Source: an uncultured Candidatus Rokubacteria bacterium
GTDB lineage: Bacteria; Methylomirabilota; Methylomirabilia; Rokubacteriales; CSP1-6
Assembly (NCBI GenBank): GCA_963771355.1
Contig: CAVYTA010000006.1
Coordinates: 2,080,001 to 2,144,000, forward strand
DNA: 64,000 nt
Reading direction: 5' to 3'
Numbering within the stretch: the first letter of the stretch is position 1; each line of letters starts with the position of its first letter. Below the pieces are notes generated by a model. It saw only the letters and a list, made by a program, of their open reading frames with translations, was not told the DNA's origin and did no database searches. The position numbers were made by a program, and so were the translations under genes. Positions 52,960 through 63,670 of this stretch are shown in pieces.

Positions 52960-54684
52960 CTGACCCCACGCGTGCGGGCCTGGCTTCTCGCCACCGCGGC
53001 CTGTCTCTGCCTCGCGGAGATCTGGATCGAGGGGCTCTACTACTCGGGCTATCTGATTCCCACCGGGCGTCTCATCTGGCTCCTCAACGAGCTGGCTTTC
53101 CTCCTCTACTACATGCTCTTCGGCCTTCCCGCCGTCGCCCTCCTCACCGCGGCTCTCGCTGGCTCTGCCGGCAAGCGGCTCCTGGACTGGTTCGACCGCG
53201 CCGCCGAGCTGTCGCCCCGGGAGGTCGGCGGCCGCCGTCGGCTGCACTTCCGCGCTGACCTTCCTCCTGATCACCGTGGTCCGATACGGCCTCCTCAAGG
53301 ACGCCGTCATCAGCGACGACGAGCATGCCTATGCCTTCATGGGGCAGATGTTTGCCTCCGGCCGGATCTACGTGCCCTCCCTGCCGCCGGCCCTCCGGCC
53401 CTTCCTCGATAACCAATTCATCGTGAACAACGGGAAGATGTACGGGATCTACTTCCCCGGGCATCCCGCCGCCCTCGCGATCGGCGAGCGCCTGCACGCC
53501 ATGGCCTGGGTGCCGACGGTGTCGGCGACGCTCACCGTGCCCCTCGCGTTCGGCGTCGCGCGCCGTATCTTCGGCCTTCGCGCTGCCCTGCTGACCCTGC
53601 CGCTGCTCCTCGTCTCCCCGTACTTCCTCTTCCCCTCCGCCACCCTGCTCGCTCATTCGACGGCCGCCGTCCTGCTGATGACCTTCGTCTATGCGGTCCT
53701 CCGTCTCCGCGAGCGCCCGGACGCTCTCCGCTGGTGGATCGTCGGCGGCGTCGCGCTGAGCTGGGCGACCCTGACGCGCCCCTTCTCGGCGCCGATCTTC
53801 GCCGTGCCCTGGCTGGTGTGGCTCGGGCGCGGACCTCTGGCGGCGACGCACCGGCCGCGCGATGGCCGGCGTGGCCGTCTTCTGCCTCATCGGCGCCGGC
53901 GCGCTCGGGCTCCTCCTCGCCTACCAGAACGCGCTGTCGGGCTCCCCGTTCATCAGCGGCTACCAGACCTTCAGCCGCACGCACAACGTGAGCCTCATCG
54001 GCAACACACTGGAGGCAGCTCCCCCGCTCCCTCGATTCACGAGTTCATGTTCACCCTGGCCCGGATGAACTTCTGGCTGTTCGGCTGGCCCACGTCGCTC
54101 CTCCTCGTCCTCTTCTTCCGGCGGAATGCCGGCGGCCGCCGGTTGCTCACCAGCGTCGTCTATGTCCTCCTCCTCTACGGCGCGATCTCGGCCGGCAGCA
54201 TCCATCCGGTGGGGCCCGTCCACTACGCGGAGCTCGCGGTGCCGCTCGTCATCCTCTCGGCGAGCGGCCTGGAGCGTCTGGTCGAGCTGGGCCGGGGCGG
54301 CGATCGCCTGGGCCGGGGCGGCGCGCGCTGCGGTGACGGTCCCCCTCGCCGCCACCCTCTGCGCCCTCGTGACCTTCTACCCCGTGTACGGCGCGCTCCC
54401 TGCGCGCCAGCGCGGACCTGACCCGTGCCCCTACGAGCTGCTCGCGGAGAGGGGCATCGACCGAGCCCTCGTCTTCGTCCACAGCTCTGCCCGCGCTCTA
54501 CGTCTCGCCGTATTCCTGGGCCTACTACCGGCGGAACAACTCCCCCGACCTCACCGATCCGATCCTCTTCGTGAACTACCTCGGCCCGGAGAAGAACACG
54601 GAGCTGATGCGGCTCTTCCCGGATCGTCCCGCCTTCTCGATGGGAATGCAGGAGGGCAAGTTCGTCCTCCTGCCGGCACCCTAG
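52960..54684 (+). CDS. Polytopic GT-C/PMT-like membrane glycosyltransferase, broken by several frameshifts
   Basis: TM segments stitched across frames; ISDDEHAY acidic motif after the first helices, YFPGHP, LLVSP..SATLLAH and LTRP. Confidence 0.6.
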
Positions 54685-55364
54685 GCGCGGACGCCGCCCT
54701 CGAGACGCAGACGAGGTTCGAAGGCAGGAGCGGCAGGCCGGAGGAGAGCAGTCGATTGTCTCCGATCGGCGGGGAATAGCGAGAGGAAGGTCGGTGCGTC
54801 CAGCAGGTTGAGGTTGTCCACGTCCGCGAAGTAGTCCTGCCCGAGGCGGCGGAGCATGGCGCGATAGCTCGCGTCGGGTAGCCAGTGCAACAGGGGCAGG
54901 AAGGTGTGCAACTCCACGGGGAAGCGCTTGTTCGGGGTGGTGAAGAGCACGCAGCGGGATACGCGGCAGACCTCGGCCACCAGGGCCCGCTGCTGGTCGC
55001 GCGGACCTCCGTGCTCAACTACCGCATTGCAGATGCCGTAGTCGAAGTAGCCAGTTGGCAGCGGGATGGAGCGGAGGTCCGCCTCCAGGAAGGTCAGGCC
55101 GGGAAACTCCTCGGCGAACCAGCTCGCCTCCTCGGCCTCGCGACCGATCACGGTGAGCCGGTCACGGTGCGGATAGAGCGTCTCGAAGAAGGTGTGCACA
55201 GGATGGTCGCGATGGCCGGACACGCCGAAGTCCGCCACGCGCGAATCCGGTCCGGGCGCACACTCCCGCATGAAGGTCTCGAAGATCCGGCGCCGCACAC
55301 GGAAGGCGAGGTCGTTCTTCATCCGGTCCAGCGTTCCGAGCTCGGTGGAGTATTTGAGCGCCAT
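54681..55364 (-). CDS. Class I SAM-dependent methyltransferase
   Basis: VADFGV, ADLRSIPL, CNAVVEH and TTPNKRFPVELHT. Confidence 0.8.
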   Translation of the reverse strand: MALKYSTELGTLDRMKNDLAFRVRRRIFETFMRECAPGPDSRVADFGVSGHRDHPVHTFFETLYPHRDRLTVIGREAEEASWFAEEFPGLTFLEADLRSIPLPTGYFDYGICNAVVEHGGPRDQQRALVAEVCRVSRCVLFTTPNKRFPVELHTFLPLLHWLPDASYRAMLRRLGQDYFADVDNLNLLDAPTFLSLFPADRRQSTALLRPAAPAFEPRLRLEGGVRA

Positions 55365-55372
55365 CGGGGCGT

Positions 55373-55653
55373 CTAGAGCTGGGGCTTGGGGCGCCCGGGC
55401 GCAGCCGACATCGACATGTCCTCGGCCAGCCCATAGCACAATCCGTACGACCGGTACTTTTTTCGTACTGGCCCGCGTCAAACGTCTCACCGTACTCCGC
55501 TTCACAGGGGAAAAGCCACGGCCGCTCTCCTTCGATCCATACCACTAGCAGCGCCACGGCGATAACTGCCCCCGAGACCAGGGTCCACGGGAACCGTCGG
55601 CCGCGACCCTGTTCGGCGAGTGCCGGGCCCTCGGCCCACCCAGCCCCGCCCAT
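55373..55653 (-). pseudogene. Truncated, frameshifted N-terminal fragment of a membrane protein
   Basis: ATG overlaps the upstream TGA; one TM helix, then GETFDAGQYEK; continues in another frame (YRSYGLCYGLAEDMS) and stops after about 90 codons. Confidence 0.45.
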
Positions 55654-56543
55654 CAGACCGTCCAGTGATACAGGTGGACGTCGAAGGGGAACAAGAACCG
55701 GGGTATCTTCAAGGCAGGACAGGCAAACACGGGGGGGATGGGCGTCAGGGTCGGCGCATGAAAACGGACGCGACGGAGCGTCGTGGAGCGTCCAAGGTGT
55801 GCCGCGGCAACGTTCACGAGCTGGCGCTCGCGCCAGAAGAAGATGTCCATGCTCGGCATGATCTTCCGGACAAAGTTCCATGTGGCGCACTGCGCCTGCC
55901 AGAGGGGCCACCAGGGAGACAGCTCGAAGATGAAGAGGCTCCCGCCCGGCTTGAGAACGCGCCCAAACTCGGCAAAGCCCCGAGCGACACGGCTCTCATT
56001 CTCCCGGCGGGTCTGGCCGCCAAAGTGATGGATGGCGTAGAGACTCACGATGGCGTCGACCGAACGGTCGGCCAGTGGCAGGTCAGCTGCCGACCCGTAG
56101 ACCTTGATATCCACTTCCGTGTTTGCGCGCAGCGACTCGTAGGAGAGGTCGACGCCGATCAAGACCCATGGCTGCGCGCGTCGGTACGGAAGCGCCGGCC
56201 CACATCCGACGTCAACGACCACGGCTCCGGACGGGATTGCCGATTCGATGACTGTCGCTTGCTCGGTGTAGCAGCAGCGCCGGACTCCCGGCTCTGCCGA
56301 ACCGTGCTCCATCACCTCATGCTTGTCGTCAAAGAACGACCCGCCGCGCTGTTCACGCATGACCGCGATCCCGTCGGCGATCGCGCCCGTGAATCCGCAG
56401 CCACCTCGCAAGCAGCGAATCTCCTCCGCAGTACCCACGGTGACTGCGCCGTGACAGCGCGGACAGGCCAGATGGCCTTCGATAGCGCGCGCCAGCGTCC
56501 CGGAGTCCTGGGCCGAAGTGAGCGGGTCCAAGCGGAAGCTCAC
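55653..56543 (-). CDS. SAM-dependent methyltransferase with N-terminal Trm112-like Cys-rich domain
   Basis: GTG at 56543; LACPRC..C..C, VVDVGCG, GVDLS, LPLADRSVD and RVLKPGG. Confidence 0.8.
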   Translation of the reverse strand: MSFRLDPLTSAQDSGTLARAIEGHLACPRCHGAVTVGTAEEIRCLRGGCGFTGAIADGIAVMREQRGGSFFDDKHEVMEHGSAEPGVRRCCYTEQATVIESAIPSGAVVVDVGCGPALPYRRAQPWVLIGVDLSYESLRANTEVDIKVYGSAADLPLADRSVDAIVSLYAIHHFGGQTRRENESRVARGFAEFGRVLKPGGSLFIFELSPWWPLWQAQCATWNFVRKIMPSMDIFFWRERQLVNVAAAHLGRSTTLRRVRFHAPTLTPIPPVFACPALKIPRFLFPFDVHLYHWTV

Positions 56544-57214
56544 GCCAACCACTTTGCGAAGTCGGTGATGAACTGATGCACCGCCTCGTCGGTCTTGGGA
56601 TGGCTCACCATCTGGCGGAAGAACTTGGGCGGCACCGTGACGATGTCCGCGCCCGCCTGGAGGGCCTCGTTGATGTCGGCGATGTGGCGGATGCTGCCCA
56701 CGATGATCTCGCAGGGAGACGTCGCGCTCCCGGAAGGTCGCCCGGACCTGCCGGACCACGGAGGCGGCGTCGTAGCCGATGTCGCGGATGCGGCCGTAGA
56801 AGAGGCTCACGTAGTTGGCGCCCGCCGCCGCCGCCATGACCGCCTGGTTGTAGGACATGCAGCAGGTGCAGTTGACCCGGATGCCGCGGCGCCGCAGCTC
56901 GCGGATCACCGCCAGCTCGTCCCAGCCCACCGGGATCTTCACGTTGATGTTCGCGGTAGTGGCCGAAGTGGCGCACGAAGTCCTCGGCCTGGCGTGATCA
57001 TCTCCTCGCGCTTGGTGGAGAACACCTCCACGCTGAGCGGGATGTCGTAGCCGTAGCGCTGGACGAGCTCGATGATCTTCTTGATGTGCTCGCGGAAGTC
57101 GCCCTTCTCTTCCTTGGCCAGGATGGACGGATTGGTGGTGATCCCGGCCGGGAAGCCCCGGTCGAGCGCCTCCTCGATCTCGAGCAGGTTCGCCGAATCC
57201 ACGAAGATCTTCAT
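56540..57214 (-). CDS. Short (FSA/TalC-type) transaldolase; two frameshifts (~56950-57000, ~56715)
   Basis: IFVDSAN, ITTNPS, SVEV, VKIP (Schiff-base Lys), YVSLFYGR, IIVGSIR and HPKTD. Confidence 0.85.
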
Positions 57215-57239
57215 CGCATGTCCTCCCCGGACGGAGGGC

Positions 57240-57894
57240 CTACTCCGTCACCGTCCAGTAGTAGTCGCCGCTGTAGCCCGCTTCCGCGAACAGCCGGCGC
57301 CAGCCCTCCGGATCCGAGTAGGTGGCGGCGGTGAGCTGCCACCGCTCGAACTTCTCCCGCTGCTCCTCGGTGAGCCAGGAGTCGACCTGCACGTAGCGGT
57401 GCCGCCGGCCCACCCGCTCGATCTCGCGCAGGGCCCGGACACACGCCTCGCGCCCGAGATTGTGGATGGCATTGATCGAGAGCACGAGGTCGAAGGCGCC
57501 GTCGCGAAACGGCAGCCGCTCCGCCGAGCCCCGGACCAGGAACGCTCCGCACGTCCTCCATGGCATGCTCGAGGGCATAGGCCGAGACGTCGAGCCCCAT
57601 CACGCAGATGCCCGGCACCACGCGGCGGAGATCGTGGAGGAGAAAGCCCTTGGCGCAGCCCACGTCGAGCACGCGCTGGCCGCCGGCCAGCCCGTAGTGG
57701 TCGCGGAGCCGCTCGGCGATGGGCACCCAGCGCCCGTCGTAGCGATAGCCCCCATAGCCCTGGCCGCGATCTCCATCGAAGTACTCCCGCCCGAATCGCT
57801 TCGCGACCTCGCGCTGGGCGGGCACCGCCGCCTCGCGGGAGGCGATGTCCCGGCTCGTCCGCGGATAGCGGTCGAGGAGATTGATCTCACGCAT
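57240..57894 (-). CDS. Class I SAM-dependent methyltransferase; frameshift near 57545
   Basis: YFDGDR..GYGGYRYDGRW and LDVGCAKGF, continuing LPFRDGAFDLVLSINAIHNL in the next frame. Confidence 0.82.
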
Positions 57895-58766
57895 GCCCGA
57901 GCGCTCCGAAGGCGGACAGCGTGGCGCGCAGCCCCTCGTCGAAGGGCGTGAAGGCGAAGCCGGGCAGCGCGCGGGACAGCGCCGTCGGTGTCGAATCGGC
58001 GATGCGTGATCGCGCCGGCGCGGGGCGCATTGGCCACCGTCACCTCGTAGGGCACCAGCCGCCGGATCACCTTCACCACGTCGGCGAAGGATCGGCTCTC
58101 GCCGGTGGCGACATTGAGGAGCCCGGTGGCGCGCGCCCGGATGAGGCCGGCCATGAGCCCGGCCACGTCGTCGACGTAGACGTGGTCGCGCTCTTCCTCC
58201 CCTTGGCCGAAGATGCGCAGGCCGCGGTCGCGGGCGAGCGTGCGGGCGAAGGCATTGGGACCGTAGCCCCCATGGGGATCGCCCGGCCCATACACGCCGG
58301 TCACCCGCAGCGTGAGGAGGGGAAAGCCGGCCGCCCGGGCCGCGAGGTCCATCACCCGCTCGGCCGAGTACTTCCCCAGCGCGTAGTAGCCCCCCGGGCT
58401 CACCGGAGTGGATTCCGTGACCGGATTGACGTCGAAGCCGTAGACGGCGTCCGAGCTGACGTACACGCAGAGCCCCGGCGCCCGGCCCGAGAGATACTTC
58501 GCCAGATTGGTCGCCATGGCCACATTGGCCATGAAGGTCTCCGGCGTCTGCCCGCGATCCGGAGTCAACGCGGAAGCGAAGACGAGGGCACTGTCGGGGC
58601 CGAGCGCGCCGTCGAGCGCGACCAGCGCCTCGGGGCGCGTGAGGTCGAGGGTCTTCGACGTGTGAGGGACCACGGTGACGCGATCGCGCTCGAGCCGCGC
58701 GGTAAGGGCGCGGCCGATATGCCCGCTGGCGCCCAGCAGCACCACGCGCGCCGGCCAGGCGCTCAT
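57887..58766 (-). CDS. NAD-dependent epimerase/dehydratase (extended SDR); frameshift near 57990
   Basis: GASGHIG, SSDAVY, YALGK (YxxxK), VYGPG and RDHVYVDD. Confidence 0.85.
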
Positions 58767-59362
58767 CGCCCGAGGCTCTCCCACTTCATCGCGGCCGCCT
58801 TGAGCCGGGGGTGCGACACGAGGCAATGCCACACCACCGCCTGGAAGGCCTCGGCATGGGCGGTGACCAGGTCCGGGCTCACCGTGGGGATGATGACGCA
58901 GGCATCGGCCACCTTCGCGGTGAAGCCGCCGTCACGGCCGACGATGCCCGCCACGCGCGCGCCCACCGCCTTGGCGTGCTCGAGCGCCCGCACCAGGTTG
59001 GTGCTGACCCCGCGCTCCGCGTCCCCGCCCCCCACCGAGAAGACGAGGATCGCGTCCCGGCCGGAGAGGCGGCTGCCCTTGAGCCAGTTGGCGAACGAGG
59101 TATCCCAGCCGTCGTCGTTGATGCGGGCGGTCAGCTCGGACACGTTGTCGGTGGGCGCGTATGCCTCGAAGCCCGCGATCTTGCGGAAGTCGTTGACCGC
59201 ATGCGACGCGTTCCCCGCGCTCCCGCCTACTCCCAAGATGAAGAGGCGGCCGCCCCCGTCGCGCACCCGGACCAGGAGGTCGACCACGCGAGCCACCGCG
59301 GCCTGGTCGATGGCGGCGGCGACGCGCCCGGCTTCAGCGAGATAGCGGGCGATGAAGTCCAT
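58763..59362 (-). CDS. SIS-domain sugar-phosphate isomerase (GmhA-like)
   Basis: GVGGSAGNASHAVND, LTARINDDG, SVGGG and GRDGG. Confidence 0.85.
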   Translation of the reverse strand: MDFIARYLAEAGRVAAAIDQAAVARVVDLLVRVRDGGGRLFILGVGGSAGNASHAVNDFRKIAGFEAYAPTDNVSELTARINDDGWDTSFANWLKGSRLSGRDAILVFSVGGGDAERGVSTNLVRALEHAKAVGARVAGIVGRDGGFTAKVADACVIIPTVSPDLVTAHAEAFQAVVWHCLVSHPRLKAAAMKWESLGR

Positions 59363-59895
59363 GGGTGCTCTCGGCGCGCGCCAGCACGGCGTCGACGGCC
59401 TCGGTGAGGCTCGACACGCGCGCATCAGCGACGGTGCAGTCGCTGTAGGGACGGTCGAGCAGGACGGAGTAGCAGCCCACCGCGCGGCCGGCGTCGATGT
59501 CGCGCCAGCGGTCGCCCACCACGAAGGAGGCGAGGAGGTCGATTCCCCACTTGGCCGCCGCCGCGTGGAGCATGCCGGGGCGCGGCTTCCGGCACGCGCA
59601 ATCCGCCCCGTCGTCGTGGGGGCACACGAAGATGTCGGTCACGTCGACCGCGGCCCGCAGCCGCTCGTGCATGCGGCCGAGCGTGGTCGCGCTCAGCGCC
59701 CCGCGCGCCATCTCGGGCTGGTTGGTGAAGACGATGGGCAGGAAGCCCGCCGACCGCAGCCGCGCCACCTGGGGGCCGGCGTCCGCGCAGAGGTGGAACT
59801 CGTCGAGGGTGAGCGCGGCGAAGGCCCGGCCCTCGCGCACGAGGGTCTCCACCAGCACCCCGTCGCGATCGAGGAACACGGCCCGGCGGCCTCAC
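59334..59895 (-). CDS. HAD IIIA sugar bisphosphate phosphatase (GmhB-like)
   Basis: FLDRDG, TNQP, CPH..CACRKPRPGM and VGDRWRD. The likely GTG start is out of frame by one base. Confidence 0.88.
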
Positions 59896-61208
59896 GGCGT
59901 CACCGCGCCCCTCCCCGGCGCGCGTCCCATGCTCAGGTACTCGACGCCGTCGAGATCGGTACGGCGCGGGTCCACCACGCCGACGCAGTCGATCACCAGG
60001 GGCCGGCGCATGGCCTTGAACGCGTCGCGCGGGGTCGCGGCGAACTCGTCCCAGTCGGTGAGGATGAGGAGGCAGTCCGCGCCGGCCAGGGTCGCCTCGC
60101 GATTTGGCAGCACCGTCGCCGCCCCGCTCGATCTCCGGCGCCCCCACGAGGGGATCGTAGGCGCGGATCTCGGCGCGGCCCCGCAGGTCGCCGATCACCC
60201 GCAGCGCCATGGAGTTCTTGGTCGAGCGCGTGTCCTTCTTGTAGGCGAGCCCCCACACCGCGATCACCGGCGGCCGGGGCTCGGCGAGCACGCGCCGCTC
60301 GAGCTGCCGCTGCACCCAGCGATAGCGGCGGGCATTGTACTGGATCAGGGTCTCGATGTAGGCGGCGTCCACTCCGTGCGCCGCGCAGAGCTCGCGCAGC
60401 GTGACCAGGTCGCGCTCCAGGTTGCCGCCGGCGACGCCGAGACTGGGCCGGATATAGGCGGCGGGGCCGATCCGCCGGTCCAGGCGCAGGGCGGGCACCA
60501 TCTCGGACCAGTCCGCGCCCACCTCCTCGCAGAGGTCGGCGAGCGTGTTCGCGTAGGTCACCGCCCCGAAGAGGTAGAGGTTGATCGCGGTCTTGGTCGA
60601 GCTCGGCGCTCTCGTAGCGCATGGGCAGGATCGGGCAGCCGAAGCGCGCGAGGCCCTCGGCCAGCTCGGTGGGGAGCGGCCGCGCGGGGTCCGCCGCGCC
60701 CACGATGATGCGCTCCGGCTCGAGAAAGCGCTGGACGCGCGCTCCCGAAGATGAGCGTCTCCACCCAGTAGTAGAGCGCGGATCCCGAGGCCGGGCCGCC
60801 GGGCCTCGATGCGGGCTCCCAGATGCGCGGGTGAACCCCGGCGGCACCTGGCTCATCAGCGCCAGCACCGCTCCCGGGCGGAGATGCGGGATGGCCGCGT
60901 CGATCAGCCGGAGCACCGCGGAGGTGTCGCTGCCGTTGGCCTCATCTGTGGGCACGTCGCGAGAGACGATGACCAGCGGGCATTCCGCGAGCGCGGCGGG
61001 ATCGGTGGTGAACCGCATCCGGTCGCGGGCGCCCGCGAACGCCTCCGCGAGACCGGGCTCGTGCACCGGCATCTCTCCGCGCCCGAGCCGCTCCACCGGC
61101 TCCTTGTCCAGGTCCACGCCGATGACGCGGGAGCCGAGCGAGGCCCAGCCGATGCCGGAGACGATGCCCAGATGCGACAGGCCCAGGAAGCCGGTGAGCC
61201 GCCGTCAC
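59892..61208 (-). CDS. UDP-glucose/GDP-mannose dehydrogenase-like protein lacking the catalytic Cys; several frameshifts
   Basis: GLSHLG, HEPGL, PERIIVG, ESAEL-K, DRRIG, GGNLERD, GLAYKKDT and LTDWDEF. Confidence 0.82.
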
Positions 61209-62122
61209 GGCTCGCCCTCCAGCCGGGCGGCCGCGGCGGCGTGGATGGTGCGCGAGAGCCAGAGGTCGTTGTCGCGCGACGTCTTCCGCGCGGCGACGAG
61301 CTCCTCGAAGTGGAGGATATCGCCGGCCCACGTCTGGTCCGGGCCGGGGATGACCTCGCGCGTCTCGTCGGGCACGCCGCTGGGGAGCTTGCGGCGCCGC
61401 ACAATGAGCTCGCTGCCGCCCCACTTGGTGAGCCCGTCCATCTCGAGTGCCCCGCGGTCGCCGATCACCTCGATGCGCCATCGGTTCTTCCACGCCAGGA
61501 AGCTGCACTCGATGACCACCGCGCGATCGGCGGTGGCGAGAATGCAGTGGTCGAGGCCTTTGAGCTCGTGGCCGCGGCGTTCCCAGACCCGGAACTCGTC
61601 GCCGAACCGCCCGAAGACGAAGCCGGCGAGGTCGATGAGGTGGCTCGCCATGTCCTCCAGGATGCCCAGGCGGCTGTCGCGCCAGGTTCCCGCGATGCTG
61701 CCCGCGGTGCCGTTGCCGTAGAACATGCGCACCCGGTACACCCGCCCCACCGCGCCCGCGTCGAGCGTGCCGCTTGAGCGCGATCACGTGCGGCTCGAAG
61801 CGGAAGTTGTACGAAGTGTACCAGATGGCCTTCCCCGCCTCCGCGTGCCGGGCCGAGCGCGTCCGCCGACTCCGCGTCGAGGACGAGCGGCTTCTCCACC
61901 AGCGCGTGCTTGCCGCGGGAGAGGAAGTATTCCAGGAGAGGGAGCTTCACGTCGTTGGGCACCGCGAGGACGGCGGCATCGTAGCGGTCCGAGCGGGCAG
62001 TCCTCGGGGCGGCGGAAGTCGGCGGCGGCGTTGAAGGGGTCGATGGTGGCCACGCAGCGGTCGCCGAGCACGGCCCGCCGCTTGCCCCCGATATTCCCGA
62101 GGCCGACCACCACGTACCTCAT
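61205..62122 (-). CDS. Gfo/Idh/MocA-family oxidoreductase; frameshifted
   Basis: VGLGNIG, GKHALVEKP, YNFRFEP and GILEDMASHLID. Confidence 0.85.
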
Positions 62123-62132
62123 TCCCCGTCCC

Positions 62133-63670
62133 TCATCCGAAGTGCGCGCGCTTCTCGAGCCGCGCGATCCTCTCCTCCACCTCGGCGGGCGCCACCGGGC
62201 GATTGCCCTGGTACTCGCAGGCCAGCGCCGCCGCCACCGAGCCCAGGATGGAGGCGACGCACGATGTCGCCGGTGGCGGCCAGCCCCAGCGACGAGTACG
62301 CGAGGAGGGCGTCGCCCGCGCCCACCGGATCCACGAGGGTGTCCACCACGCTGTCCACGGTGAAGAACTCGCGGGGCATGTGGCCGGGCGTCCGGTAGCC
62401 GAGGATGCCCCGCTCGCCCAGCTTGAGGATCAGATGCTTGCAGTGCGCGAGCCGGAACAGCTGCAGCGCCAGCGGCCGCACCACCGAGTCCTGGTCGCCC
62501 AGCGCGAAGCGCGCCTCCCGCTCGTTGGGCGTGATGAGGTCGAAGTCGGTGAACTCGAGGATATTACCCCACCGGTTCGAGACCTGGCTGTCCGCGACCT
62601 TCAGCGTCCCGCCGGGGATGCCGCTCGCGCAGGAGCCGGATGCTCTTCCGGTTGAAGATGCCGTGGCGGAAGTCGCTGAAGATCACCACGTCCGCCGGGC
62701 TCGCGGCGAGCGACTCCGCCAGCGCCCGGAGCGCCCGGTCCGAGATCGCGCGGTTGTCCACCCGGTCGACCTGGAGCATCTTGTAGCCGTCGGCGATGAA
62801 GCGCTCCTTCTGGGTGGTGGGGCGCGTGCGGTCCACGTAGGCGTGCACGGTGATGCCCGCCTTGCGCAGGTCCTCCAGCACGAAGTCCTTCACCGAGTCG
62901 TTCCCCAGCACGGTGGAGAAGGACACGTCGCCGCCGGCCGCCTTGACGTGCTTGGCCACCACCGCCGCGCCGCCCGCGAAGACCTCGGTCCGCTCGTGCT
63001 TGACGCTGAAGGTGGGCGACTTCGCGGTGGCGCCCAGCAGCGAGCAGTGGCTGTAGCTGTCCACGATGGTGTCGCCCACGACGTGGACCCGCACCCCCCG
63101 CATGGTGGCGAGCGCCTCGCGCAGCCGGTCGAAGCCGAAGCCCTCCGACTCCATGAGGGCGAGCAGCTTCTCCACGCCGAGCTTCGGCGGCGAGGACTCG
63201 ATCAGCCGCGACGAGGAGTAGACGACGTCGCCCGGGGTGAACACGATCTCGCCGCCGTAGCTCTCGAGGGTGTCGATCTCCTCCTGGGTCCGCGGGGGAA
63301 CGCCCTCGGAGAAGTACTCGTAGCCCTTGGCGAAGAAGTCGGGCTGCAGGTACTTGATGTGCTCGATGGGGGTGGCGTTGGGGTCGATGATGACGAAGTC
63401 GACCATCTCGAGCGCGGCGAGGTTGGCCGCCCGCAGATCCTCGGGCACGTAGGGGCGGAAGTCCGCCTTGGTGGCGTGCACGTCGGCGGTGAGGCTGGCG
63501 ATGAGGAGATCGGCCTTGTCCTTGGCGTACATGAGGTGGCGGAGATGGCCGGGATGGACGATGTCGAACATCCCGTGGCACATGATCACCGTCTTCGCGC
63601 GCGGACGCGGGCCGATGGCCACCCCCAGCTCTTCCAGCGTCTTGATCTTGGCGCGGTAGTCGGGCTTCAT
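62133..63670 (-). CDS. Bifunctional nucleotidyltransferase + PfkB sugar kinase (HldE-like, reversed domain order); frameshifted
   Basis: N-terminal HGMFDIVHPGH and KGYEY; C-terminal VGDTIVD, GGAAVVA, SDFRHG, TPNEREAR and DPVGAGD. Confidence 0.85.

Noticed and set aside
51133..53412. 759-aa ORF suggesting an oxidoreductase-membrane protein fusion
   Set aside because: The first 212 codons overlap the real OCD and MOSC genes. The join to the membrane protein is best explained by a frameshift near 52905, since a natural C-terminus and stop (52954) lie in the next frame.
55653..56942. 429-aa transaldolase-methyltransferase fusion ORF
   Set aside because: The transaldolase C-terminus (IIVGSIR..FAKWLA*) is in another frame with a stop at 56540, and the methyltransferase has its own GTG at 56543.
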